A stretch of DNA of 63,696 nt, filler included, from Octopus bimaculoides (Eukaryota), in NCBI RefSeq assembly GCF_001194135.2. It is 5 parts of 5 records of this genome, joined end to end, with 100 filler letters (N's around TTAATTAATTAA, not from the genome) between each part and the next. Parts side by side here need not be neighbours in the genome. Positions count along the whole stretch, not along the records: positions 1 to 15,760 come from NC_068985.1; positions 15,861 to 42,384 come from NC_068987.1; 3 more parts are not named here. One strand, 5' to 3'. Within the stretch, counting starts at the first letter, position 1. The number at the start of each line of letters is the position of its first letter. This document shows, one piece after another, positions 13,837 to 26,507 of the stretch. The translations under genes and the position numbers were made by a program. The notes under the pieces are model-generated. The model was not told where the DNA came from and did no database searches. It saw nothing but the letters and a program-made list of their open reading frames with translations.

Positions 13837-13907
13837 ATAATGCTTTGCCTTCATCGGTGGAATATACTCTACTTGAGTATATTCCACTGATGAAGGCAAA
13901 GCATTAT
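13837..13907. repeat. 33-bp inverted repeat with 5-nt loop
   Basis: 13837-13869 is the reverse complement of 13875-13907 with one difference (G-U on the + strand); loop TACTT. Confidence 0.95.
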
Positions 13908-13940
13908 TTATGCAAAGCCAGAAATCCAGGATCTGGAATT
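13881..13940 (+). ncRNA. Type I hammerhead ribozyme motif
   Basis: Stem I ATTCCA/TGGAAT; CTGATGA 13887-13893; stem II GGC..GCAT/ATGC..GCC; GAAA 13922-13925; helix III ATCC-A-GGAT; predicted cleavage triplet AUC. A/A apposition at the base of stem II is non-canonical. Confidence 0.65.
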
Positions 13941-14279
13941 ATCTTTGTTATTTTTACTGGTTTATTTTGTCTTCGTCTTCGCTCCTTGTACTATGTGGAC
14001 ATTTATTGTGGTTTTAGAGTCAGAATTTGACTGCTATTTTTCAGCGTGGCGGTATCTCTTAGATACCCTGTATTATAATTTTAGATAATTATTACCTTTG
14101 ATGTTTTTTTATTCCCATGCTGGCCACTTGATAAGATCAATATTTTAAATATCGATCTTATCCTTATNNNNNNNNNNTATATATATACATATATATGTGT
14201 ATATATATATATACTTATATATATATATATTTATATATATATATATATATTTATTTATATACATATATATAAATTGATA

Positions 14280-14376
<97 letters not shown>

Positions 14377-15479
14377 ATATATATATATGGTGGGGGACGG
14401 AATTAAACCCAAATTCAGCTGATACTACATAGCTATATAGTCAAATGCAAACATTCCTCTGAGGATTTGAAGAACTGTGAGCGAACTGAATCGACTTTTA
14501 ACGCAACTAACGGCAAGATAAAAACCTCCAAAATATACTTCTGCCAGTAGATTGTAAATTTCAATTTGCATGACATTAGTGTGTGTGCTGGTAACAAATA
14601 TAATCAATTACGAAGCTGTGCATTATGTTGCAATATAAGATAAAAACAGATCTGTACTGAAAGTAGAATAGGATTTATTTGAAGCAATGTAAATGGATAA
14701 ATATACACATAAATGTAAAGACACGTCATTTTACATATTATACTGGCATATAACGTTAGATTTACATAAGCCTAAAGGCAAATCTCAACCTTGGTTGAAA
14801 TTTTAGCTGTTTGGGGTTTGGCTTATTTCTTTTCATTACTGGACCAACTAGTGTAGGGAACTATAAAGTAAGAGCACTTGTTGATTCCACGGTTTACTGG
14901 CCAAGTATAAAATAAGGGTCCATTTGATTTGATAGTTTAGTGGAGAAATATGGAGCCCAGCCATCTACGCAATCTAGATCTTACTTGGCGGGCATCCAGT
15001 ATAGTTATATTCTTCTGTATTCAAGGTGTGATGTAATACGAGGATGATATACTAGATATAACTTGCAAGCCATGTGATAGTTTATCAGCAGAAGCGACCC
15101 TTTTCGTATTTTTGAAATTATTATTTTATTGTTATTTTTTCTTCACCTCTGTGTCTCATCGTCAGTGGGAAAAGATCGATTTTAAGTCCAGCAGATGAAA
15201 GCTTGTCACATCAGAACGATTACGTTGAGACAAGTTTTACTATGGAAGAAAAACCTAATAACCAAAATCTTGATAGTAGTGTGTCGTAATTACAGAGGGT
15301 GATATTTGATTTTGCTAACAAAACGACAAAGTAGGTAATTTCAAGTTATTGAGCTGGAATGTGACAACTTAATGCAGGCTTTGAGGTTAGCTAGATGACT
15401 TGAAGCACATATTAATGAATGGTGTAGTATTGTCATTTAGATAAAGTGAAGTGAATTATAAAGACCGTGGGTAGGTTGG

Positions 15480-15760
15480 AAGGTAGGTAGGTAGGTAGGA
15501 AGGTAGGTAGGAAGGTAGGTAGGTAGGAAGGTAGGTAGGTAGGTAGGAAGGTAGGTAGGTAGGTAGGTAGGTATGTAGGTAGCTAGGTATGACGGTAGGT
15601 AGGTAGGTAGGTAGGTAGGTAGGTAGGTAGGAAGGTAGGTAGGTAGGTAGGTAGGTAGGTAGGTAGGAAGGTAGGTAGGTAGGTAGGTAAGTAGGTAGGT
15701 AGGTAGGAAGGTAGGTAGGTAGGTAGGTAGGTAGGAAGGTAGGTAGGTAGGTAGGTAGGT
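15480..15760. repeat. (TAGG)n microsatellite with AAGG variants
   Basis: Direct tandem. Confidence 0.95.
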
Positions 15761-15860
15761 NNNNNNNNNNNNNNNNNNNNNNNNNNNNNNNNNNNNNNNN
15801 NNNNTTAATTAATTAANNNNNNNNNNNNNNNNNNNNNNNNNNNNNNNNNNNNNNNNNNNN
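15761..15860. other. Synthetic scaffold join (N44-TTAATTAATTAA-N44)
   Basis: Identical 100-bp structure occurs four times; the 12-mer gives stops in all six frames. Confidence 0.9.
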
Positions 15861-15912
<52 letters not shown>

Positions 15913-16169
15913 ACATACACACATACACGCACATATATATGCTCATATATATATTCATGCATTTGCATATACATACGAGTGTCTACATGTATGTTTGCAT
16001 ACTGAGTGAATGTTTGTTTTTGCTGCACTTTTGAGATAGGAATGTACTTGTATCATTATAAACAGACAAAAGTTTGCAAATTGAAATGGCAGTTACACAA
16101 TAGAATTCAGACATATTTATTTGTCAATTGACGCTAAATTATCTGGCTTCTTATTGTCGTTTTTGTTGA

Positions 16170-16212
16170 TGCTGTTGCTGTTGTTTTTATTGTTGTTGCT
16201 GTTGTTTTTATT

Positions 16213-16275
<63 letters not shown>

Positions 16276-16361
16276 CTTCTTCTTCTTCTTCTTCTTCTTC
16301 TTCTTCTTCTTCTTCTTCTTCTTCTTCTTCTTCTTCTTCTTCTTCTTCTTCTTCTTCTTCA
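16170..16361. repeat. Compound (TTG)n-(TTC)n microsatellite
   Basis: Direct tandem. Confidence 0.95.
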
Positions 16362-17540
16362 GGTTAAAGTCATTAAATTTTCTCTTGCACCTTGTCATCA
16401 TGGTAGAATAGACGTACGAAATACCGAAGCGTTGAGGTGGAGGCTTTCATTTATTCACTGGGGTGGAATCGAGAAAATGGCATCATCCAAAAAGGGCTGC
16501 ACTCTGTTCGCCTTAGGATTCAAAACAGCATAAAAAAAAAACACAGCCTATCATTTTTTAGGCTGGTTTAACCAGTTAAATTTACAATCCATCAGAAAAA
16601 AAAAAAAACGAAAAAAAAACAAGCGAACTCCTGCATAATTATAAATCGTTCTTTACGGAGTCCGTTATGTCAAACACGTTCATAAGAGAGAGAGTGGACA
16701 TACATAAATACAAAAATACAAAAATACAAAAAATACAAAAATACATAGATGCATGCATACATATATACATACATACATACATACATACATACATACTTAC
16801 ATACATATATACTTACATAACATGCATACACACGTACATTCATGCATGCATATATACATATGTACATACATTGATATATTTGTCTCTCTCTTTCCCTGTC
16901 TCTCTGTCTATATGACTGCCTGTCTGCCGGTCTGTCTGTTTGTCTGGCTTTCCATTTAGCGTTTTGTCTTAATACATACATACAGTAACATACACACATA
17001 TAGATACCCCGCACACACAAGCTCATACATGAACACACAAATGTTTATGAATATGTTGGTGTTTGGGACATATACACATGAAAATACGTATTTAGCCATG
17101 GTTGCGGTTGCGAAGGGGCAAAGATGATGCGCCCTTGGATGTGGCATAATTTTATATTTTACTGAATTATTTCATTGTTACCAATTCGAATTTCATTGGA
17201 GTCACAGACTTTGTTCTTTAATTTCGGGCTCATAAATAAGTTATATCAATAGGCATTAGATTAAAACTTACAGGAACCGTTTATGATGTCTCTTCGAAAA
17301 ATTTCACAGAGAGAGGGGGAGAGAGGGGGAGAGGGACTGGGAGAGAGGGAGAAAAAGAGAGAGAGAGCGGTTTTATAAATATTGGATCTTTATTATGATA
17401 AGCAGAAAATGTATTTATGGACGTGTGGAAATTAATTTCGTACCGCCAGTGCGGTTAGAACTCTAAAATTACAAAAGCGTAGTCATTACCCACTTTTACA
17501 ATATTTCACAATCATAATAATAATAATCATCCTTTCTCTT

Positions 17541-17676
17541 ATAGGCACAAAGCCTGCAATATTGGGGGAGGGCACTGATCGATTACATCGACCCCAGTGA
17601 TCAAATGGTACTTATTTCGGCTAGGATGAAAGTATGAAAGGCGAAGTCGACCTCGACGGAATTTGAACTCAGAACA
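17541..17676 (-). mobile_element. SINE family A, 3' part
   Basis: GATTACATCGACCCCAGT...GGTACTTATTT...AAGTCGACCTCGACGGAATTTGAACTCAGAAC. Confidence 0.8.
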
Positions 17677-17739
17677 TGATACATACATACATACAAACAT
17701 ACATATATATGTGTGTGGGTGGGGGTGGAGGTGTTTGTG

Positions 17740-17847
17740 TGGAGGCAGAATGGTTCAGTGGTTAGGGCAGCGGACTCGCAGTCGTAGGATCGGGCGTTTT
17801 GAGTATTTAGTGGGCGAAAACACCTAAAGCTCCACGAGGCTCCTGCA
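17740..17847 (+). mobile_element. tRNA-derived SINE head (family D), truncated by a gap
   Basis: A-box-like TGGTTCAGTGGTTAG; B box region missing; single copy in the window. Confidence 0.45.
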
Positions 17848-19004
17848 NNNNNNNNNNNNNNNNNNNNNNNNNNNNNNNNNNNNNNNNNNNNNNNNNNNNN
17901 NNNNNNNNNNNNNNNNNNNNNNNNNNNNNNNNNNNNNNNNNNNNNNNNNNNNNNNNNNNNNNNNNNNNNNNNNNNNNNNNNNNNNNNNNNNNNNNNNNNN
18001 NNNNNNNNNNNNNNNNNNNNNNNNNNNNNNNNNNNNNNNNNNNNNNNNNNNNNNNNNNNNNNNNNNNNNNNNNNNNNNNNNNNNNNNNNNNNNNNNNNNN
18101 NNNNNNNNNNNNNNNNNNNNNNNNNNNNNNNNNNNNNNNNNNNNNNNNNNNNNNNNNNNNNNNNNNNNNNNNNNNNNNNNNNNNNNNNNNNNNNNNNNNN
18201 NNNNNNNNNNNNNNNNNNNNNNNNNNNNNNNNNNNNNNNNNNNNNNNNNNNNNNNNNNNNNNNNNNNNNNNNNNNNNNNNNNNNNNNNNNNNNNNNNNNN
18301 NNNNNNNNNNNNNNNNNNNNNNNNNNNNNNNNNNNNNNNNNNNNNNNNNNNNNNNNNNNNNNNNNNNNNNNNNNNNNNNNNNNNNNNNNNNNNNNNNNNN
18401 NNNNNNNNNNNNNNNNNNNNNNNNNNNNNNNNNNNNNNNNNNNNNNNNNNNNNNNNNNNNNNNNNNNNNNNNNNNNNNNNNNNNNNNNNNNNNNNNNNNN
18501 NNNNNNNNNNNNNNNNNNNNNNNNNNNNNNNNNNNNNNNNNNNNNNNNNNNNNNNNNNNNNNNNNNNNNNNNNNNNNNNNNNNNNNNNNNNNNNNNNNNN
18601 NNNNNNNNNNNNNNNNNNNNNNNNNNNNNNNNNNNNNNNNNNNNNNNNNNNNNNNNNNNNNNNNNNNNNNNNNNNNNNNNNNNNNNNNNNNNNNNNNNNN
18701 NNNNNNNNNNNNNNNNNNNNNNNNNNNNNNNNNNNNNNNNNNNNNNNNNNNNNNNNNNNNNNNNNNNNNNNNNNNNNNNNNNNNNNNATATATATATATA
18801 TATATATAAATATATGTATGTGTGTAACCTATATAGCAAATTTATTTATTTGCATTATACGGATATGCAAATATAATCTAAATCCGTCATACGTAGATAC
18901 ACAGATAATTTTCGAACTGAACTGATCCAGGACATAACTAAGTTAATAGTACCACCTGCAAAATATATCCCAATGGTGTTAGTGATTCTTTCGGCACCAT
19001 AACC

Positions 19005-19500
19005 CATTCGCGTGAGTTATTGTCTGCCGAGATATATCCGGGTGTAGGTGGTTTATCTAGAACTTGTTAGAAATATTCGTGCAGGAACTGTTTGAATGTT
19101 ATAAGAGACTTTTCTCCTCTTATGTATTCTGCTAAAGAGAGCAGGGCCAGTTGAGGTAAAGTAGTTGTATTTGTGTCCTGATATGACGCGAGCATGCATT
19201 TTATAGAGAAAGGATGGCACGGAGACAAAGAATTGGGTGAATTTTAAAGCTTATGCCAACATCATTTGGATAAGGCTTTTGGAATATTTTCCATATCATA
19301 CAGATGGTATAGCACTCGCGGCAGCGTTGGAAGGGATAAAGTCTGAATTTCTGGAGACGGTCCCAATAATCAAGTCCTGTTATGTCACCAATTCCTTTCG
19401 CCATCAAACCTTTGGTTTGCTTCGATTTTTATAATCCATTGTTCACGCAGGGACACCACTGCAGACAAACAGTATTCTATGTAAGAATGGGTGAAGGTGG
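19005..19500 (-). mobile_element. CR1-like LINE 3' fragment
   Basis: KIEANQR, LDYWDRLQKFRLYPFQRCRECYTICMIWKIF, NYFTSTGPALF, DKPPTPGY match the CR1 RT C-terminus. Confidence 0.8.
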
Positions 19501-20021
19501 AGATGGGATGGATAATGCTAGGTCGTGACAATTCAGGCGCGTGCACTGCGGGCCGTATCGACCTTCTTGTTTATGCAGGTACGCCAGATTAAGGTGTTGT
19601 TGACAGTTACTACCTGTGTTCGATGCCTCAAGGTTTGCACACGAGTAAAGAGTATATTTTAGCTGGAGTGCAACATCTTTACCAAAGTAGATTAATATTT
19701 AATGTATCATATAATATTTTTGCAGAGAAGTTTTACTCCCGGCATTATGGAAATTAATGTAAAGATTTTTTTTGTATCAGTTTCTCGGTCAAACGACAAT
19801 TGTTATTTAAGGTATTATTGGCGATATGATTGTTATTATACCAACAGTTAATATTAAAAATCATATTCGACAGTTGTTATTATTATAGATATTCTTGTTT
19901 CTTTCTTAATAATATTTCAGTTCACATTTATGGAGGAGCCTATTGTATTTTATTTTCTACTAGATTTTTGTTTTTATAACACATTTTATTATGAAGAATA
20001 TTTAATACTCAACTACTACGT

Positions 20022-20053
<32 letters not shown>

Positions 20054-20265
20054 GGCTGCCATCACTCTGTGTATTTTCATATTAATAATAACCATTTTAT
20101 GTTTTACACCGATATTTTTTACATTATTACACCATTGTATTTGTCGCCGTTCGTTATTTTTATGTTTGACAAACGTTCCGGTCGTCATATATTTTTATTA
20201 TACGTTTTATCTTTTCAAGTGTATTTCATTGTGTTGTACATTCCGATTTCTGTAACATGATATAA

Positions 20266-20324
<59 letters not shown>

Positions 20325-21081
20325 CGCACAGACACACACACAGACACACACATTCACACACAGACACACAGACACCCACACACCCCCACACACAAACATA
20401 CACGCGCACACACATACATACACAGATGTGATAAGTTTTGCAGACGGAACATTTCAAGCGATAACACAAAACGTTTTATTCAAGAAATTCTAATGCAAAA
20501 GATAAACCATAAACGTTAGTCACTACTTACTTACACTTGTGAATATCAATAAAATGAAACTGCTTAACAGAGGAAATTATAAAATTATATTTATCCATTT
20601 ATTATTTCATGCATAATAGTCTCTAAATACATACCTACATCCATACATAAATGCATATATATTCGTGTATCTGTGTTTGTGTGTGGGCGTATGTTTGTAT
20701 GTATGCGTAAGTTTGTGTGTGCGTGCGTGTAATTGTTTGTGGGTGTGTGTCTGCGCGTGTTAGTATGTTTTTGTTGAGATGTAACAGACTGATATATGAG
20801 GAGAAGGTGACTAAAACATTGTCAAAATCTACGGAGACATATTCATGGATAAGTAGATAGACAATTGAATTGCAAATAGTAGATTTCATTCATCTCATAT
20901 ATTTCGTACAATATATTTCAATACCTAATGTATATATGTATACATATACATACATACATACATACATACATACATACATACACACAGACACACAGACACA
21001 CACACAGACACACACATATATACACATATATATGTATATATATATAAATATACATATATGTATATATGAGTATCTATATCT

Positions 21082-21121
<40 letters not shown>

Positions 21122-21605
21122 ATATCTATATGTATATATATATATGTATGTATATATATATANNNNNNNNNNNNNNNNNNNNNNNNNNNNNNNNNNNNNN
21201 NNNNNNNNNNNNNNNNNNNNNNNNNNNNNNNNNNNNNNNNNNNNNNNNNNNNNNNNNNNNNNNNNNNNNNNNNNNNNNNNNNNNNNNNNNNNNNNNNNNN
21301 NNNNNNNNNNNNNNNNNNNNNNNNNNNNNNNNNNNNNNNNNNNNNNNNNNNNNNNNNNNNNNNNNNNNNNNNNNNNNNNNNNNNNNNNNNNNNNNNNNNN
21401 NNNNNNNNNNNNNNNNNNNNNNNNNNNNNNNNNNNNNNNNNNNNNNNNNNNNNNNNNNNNNNNNNNNNNNNNNNNNNNNNNNNNNNNNNNNNNNNNNNNN
21501 NNNNNNNNNNNNNNNNNNNNNNNNNNNNNNNNNNNNNNNNNNNNNNNNNNNNNNNNNNNNNNNNNNNNNNNNNNNNNNNNNNNNNNNNNNNNNNNNNNNN
21601 NNNNN

Positions 21606-21654
<49 letters not shown>

Positions 21655-24600
21655 CACATTATTGTTGCATTGGGAACCCGAGAACGGCAGCGTATTTTGA
21701 ATTGAAGTGCGAGAGAAGGAGCCTTCCACTTCAGTAAACCTCTCGCTAAACGTTGCTGCAATTTTTCGAAGTGTTTTAGCTTCAGTGAAATTTGTCAATA
21801 TCTACTGCAAAAATGCTTCTTTCTTACTTAATCATGTGTCATTACTTCAACCTTTACCGAAAGACCAGTTTGTAAAACATATATTCACACCCTAAACAAT
21901 CCCTGGAACTACTTGCAACAGAGGTACTTCAGGTTTCTATGGCTTTTTGTCTGATTTCATAATTTCTTTGTCATTCTCACACAATAAACGCGAATGGATA
22001 AACACATATTTCCAATATTGTTACAAGGAAACAAACAGAATCACATATACAAAGACAATCACACACACATATTTCTTTACGTATAACGCACACGTTTGAA
22101 TTTATATGCGTGCTTATTTATATATGTATATATGTACATATATATGTATATATGTATATATGTATATATGTATATANNNNNNNNNNNNNNNNNNNNNNNN
22201 NNNNNNNNNNNNNNNNNNNNNNNNNNNNNNNNNNNNNNNNNNNNNNNNNNNNNNNNNNNNNNNNNNNNNNNNNNNNNNNNNNNNNNNNNNNNNNNNNNNN
22301 NNNNNNNNNNNNNNNNNNNNNNNNNNNNNNNNNNNNNNNNNNNNNNNNNNNNNNNNNNNNNNNNNNNNNNNNNNNNNNNNNNNNNNNNNNNNNNNNNNNN
22401 NNNNNNNNNNNNNNNNNNNNNNNNNNNNNNNNNNNNNNNNNNNNNNNNNNNNNNNNNNNNNNNNNNNNNNNNNNNNNNNNNNNNNNNNNNNNNNNNNNNN
22501 NNNNNNNNNNNNNNNNNNNNNNNNNNNNNNNNNNNNNNNNNNNNNNNNNNNNNNNNNNNNNNNNNNNNNNNNNNNNNNNNNNNNNNNNNNNNNNNNNNNN
22601 NNNNNNNNNNNNNNNNNNNNNNNNNNNNNNNNNNATATATATATATATATATCAAGCGAGAGAGAGCTGGAGACTGATATATATATATATATATATATAT
22701 ATAGGGAGAGGGGGAACGCAAGGGAAACAGAGAGAGAACTGCAATGATTGATCCTATTTCATGTCCTATGTCCAGCATGCCTATTCGGCATTCTCAGCCA
22801 TACCTACATCGAAATAAGAATTGTACAGACAGATTTACGAAGTATAATGTAAACACAAACACCTTCAAACACTGTTACCGATGGTAGACTGCAAATAAAG
22901 TGCATATTGTGTTGTAAAACTGTAATATACATACTTTTACACGTATGCTAAATGAATTGTATTTTCACACAAAGAAGCTATGTAGACTTTATTAGGTGAA
23001 ACTGATATTATCGTTAATGGCTACTTTGAGTTAGATATGTTGCTAATATTACATGTTCGTCTTAAAGAAACCACACAAACATACACATAGCCTTGTCTAA
23101 TAATACATTAAGAATGCTAAATACAAACATTTATACACTTCATAATGACTCTCGAAATTATCTGAGATATATTTTGTCTGACTGCACTCATATATTCTAA
23201 TAAAAAGAATTTAAAAAATCCATTAGAAAAATACCGGACACACGTTCCAGTCCTGATATGCAACGACATATCTTACTCTTACTAGAACTCACAAAGTTCT
23301 ATAGAGATACGCCTTAAAGAATTGAATAAGTGAGGATGTCCTCGGCAATTTTCGTGCGGCATTATTTGTCTCGAGACAGACAGACAGCTAGAATAAGCAC
23401 ATCAACGACGTAATTTGTATATATATATATATTAATATATATATANNNNNNNNNNNNNNNNNNNNNNNNNNNNNNNNNNNNNNNNNNNNNNNNNNNNNNN
23501 NNNNNNNNNNNNNNNNNNNNNNNNNNNNNNNNNNNNNNNNNNNNNNNNNNNNNNNNNNNNNNNNNNNNNNNNNNNNNNNNNNNNNNNNNNNNNNNNNNNN
23601 NNNNNNNNNNNNNNNNNNNNNNNNNNNNNNNNNNNNNNNNNNNNNNNNNNNNNNNNNNNNNNNNNNNNNNNNNNNNNNNNNNNNNNNNNNNNNNNNNNNN
23701 NNNNNNNNNNNNNNNNNNNNNNNNNNNNNNNNNNNNNNNNNNNNNNNNNNNNNNNNNNNNNNNNNNNNNNNNNNNNNNNNNNNNNNNNNNNNNNNNNNNN
23801 NNNNNNNNNNNNNNNNNNNNNNNNNNNNNNNNNNNNNNNNNNNNNNNNNNNNNNNNNNNNNNNNNNNNNNNNNNNNNNNNNNNNNNNNNNNNNNNNNNNN
23901 NNNNNNNNNNNNNNNNNNNNNNNNNNNNNNNNNNNNNNNNNNNNNNNNNNNNNNNNNNNNNNNNNNNNNNNNNNNNNNNNNNNNNNNNNNNNNNNNNNNN
24001 NNNNNNNNNNNNNNNNNNNNNNNNNNNNNNNNNNNNNNNNNNNNNNNNNNNNNNNNNNNNNNNNNNNNNNNNNNNNNNNNNNNNNNNNNNNNNNNNNNNN
24101 NNNNNNNNNNNNNNNNNNNNNNNNNNNNNNNNNNNNNNNNNNNNNNNNNNNNNNNNNNNNNNNNNNNNNNNNNNNNNNNNNNNNNNNNNNNNNNNNNNNN
24201 NNNNNNNNNNNNNNNNNNNNNNNNNNNNNNNNNNNNNNNNNNNNNNNNNNNNNNNNNNNNNNNNNTATATATACATATATATATATACATATACATGGCT
24301 GTTAGCATTGTGTACATATGTGTGTGCATGTGTGTATTTTTCTGTACGTATATTTATGTAACTTCATGCAAGCAGACCTAAGTCTCTTAGATACATAGAT
24401 ATGTGCATACATATATACACAATGTTTATTTTGTTTACAATTGGTGTTTGTACGTCACGCTGTTTAAAATACAATTTCCGCTTATTAATTCTTTTGTTGT
24501 AGCAAATAAAAATGCAAAAATATAACAAAAGAAATGATAATGTTTTGAAAGAAACATTCTGTTTCCAAAATCTATTGATATTAATGTTCTTATTTAATTT

Positions 24601-25155
24601 TGTATTTCAGATGTATGCCTATTGTGTGACTCAAGTTAGACGTGGTTAACATAACACATTTTAATATACATTCTCGGATCAAACTCGGTTGAAATCCACC
24701 TCGTTTATATCATCATCGACGAAAACTAATGCGCCGGATGTTGCGATCCACAGTACTGAAGAATGGCAATCTGCAGTGTAGACACCATTTAAGGACAATA
24801 CAAAGTCATAGAAAAGTATAAAGGTCAAATGCAAAATATAAATGCATGCGTACAAATACTTCTCGGGATGTATGTATGTATGTATGTATGCATGTATGTA
24901 TGTAAGTACGTACGCATGTATGTATGCATGTATTGTATGTATGTATGTATGTATGTATGTATATATGTATGTATGCATGTAAGTATGTATGTATGTATGT
25001 ATGTAAGTACATACGCATGTATGTATGCTTGTATATAAGTACTACGTATATATGTATGTACGTATGTATGTATGCATGCATGCATGTATGTATGTATCAA
25101 TCTATATATTTCTATCTTCCTGTCTGCCTGTCAGCCACATCATCTTCTCTATATA

Positions 25156-26277
25156 CAGGGTGCGATGAGTNNNNNNNNNNNNNNNNNNNNNNNNNNNNNN
25201 NNNNNNNNNNNNNNNNNNNNNNNNNNNNNNNNNNNNNNNNNNNNNNNNNNNNNNNNNNNNNNNNNNNNNNNNNNNNNNNNNNNNNNNNNNNNNNNNNNNN
25301 NNNNNNNNNNNNNNNNNNNNNNNNNNNNNNNNNNNNNNNNNNNNNNNNNNNNNNNNNNNNNNNNNNNNNNNNNNNNNNNNNNNNNNNNNNNNNNNNNNNN
25401 NNNNNNNNNNNNNNNNNNNNNNNNNNNNNNNNNNNNNNNNNNNNNNNNNNNNNNNNNNNNNNNNNNNNNNNNNNNNNNNNNNNNNNNNNNNNNNNNNNNN
25501 NNNNNNNNNNNNNNNNNNNNNNNNNNNNNNNNNNNNNNNNNNNNNNNNNNNNNNNNNNNNNNNNNNNNNNNNNNNNNNNNNNNNNNNNNNNATCATCCAG
25601 TGGATATCATCCAGTGGATATCATCCAGTGGATATCATCCAGTGGATATCATCCAGTGGATATCATCCAGTGATAACATCCAGTGGATATCATGGTTTGG
25701 AGTGATCACTAGTGATTGCGATGTTATGCCTCCACTCTTTATCATACACGGTTTCAGACTCAACACAGGGGACTACATCAAGTGCCTGCAGGAGGTTGTG
25801 CTGTCTTGGGTCAAGAAGGTGGCTGCTAGAAGACGCTATGTCTGGCAACAAGACGCAGCACCATGCTACACAGGCAAGAGCACCCAGTCATCGCTGTCAG
25901 ACAATTTCATCCCTATCACCCCTAACATCTGGCCACCTAACTCTCCACACTGCAACCCCCTTGATTATTATGTGTGGGACGCAGCTGAGCGAGTGACCAA
26001 ACAAAACTCCTTGTAACACCAAAGCTGAACTGAAGGCAAGGATTATGGCAGCATTCACCAACTTAAACAAGGAGACTGCCCAAAAGAGTTGCAGGCGATT
26101 CCGAAGTCATCTGGAGGCCGTGGTTGAAGCCAATGCCGACTTTAGTGAATAAATTTACTCTTTAGTATTTCAAGATATGTTGATGTAACTTTGGCAAAAA
26201 TATATCTGTTAAAATGAGAGGTCAGTGTTATTTTCATTTTCACGTAATTGAGACGACAGTTTATTCACCGCACCCTG
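25156..26277 (+). mobile_element. Tc1/mariner maT (DD37D-like) DNA transposon remnant with TIRs and TA target duplication
   Basis: TA|CAGGGTGCGATGA (25154-) and TCACCGCACCCTG|TA (-26279); transposase VWQQDAAP...IWPPNSPHCNPLDYYVW with 36 aa between the Ds here; stop near 26015; internal gap. Confidence 0.9.
25592..25692. repeat. 14-bp minisatellite (ATCATCCAGTGGAT)n inside the transposon
   Basis: At least five perfect units plus degenerate ones, running into the gap. Confidence 0.92.
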
Positions 26278-26389
26278 TAAATGTATATCAATACATATCT
26301 AAATAATTCTCTTTGTTTGTCTGTCTGTGTTTCTGACTCACCCTCTCTCTCTCTAAATATATATGTGTGTGTGTGTGTGTGTGTATGTG

Positions 26390-26430
<41 letters not shown>

Positions 26431-26449
26431 ATATATATGTGTGTGTGTG

Positions 26450-26507
<58 letters not shown>

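Noticed and set aside
17090-17150. Possible short exon after TTTAG (PWLRLRRGKDDAPLDVA*)
   Set aside because: Too short, no recognisable homology, and no partner exons.
24610-24790. Acceptor-like TTTTGTATTTCAG followed by short open frames
   Set aside because: All three frames close within 13 codons; it cannot be supported without RNA data.
25592-25692. CRISPR-like array
   Set aside because: Units are contiguous with no spacers, there are no cas genes, and the context is eukaryotic.
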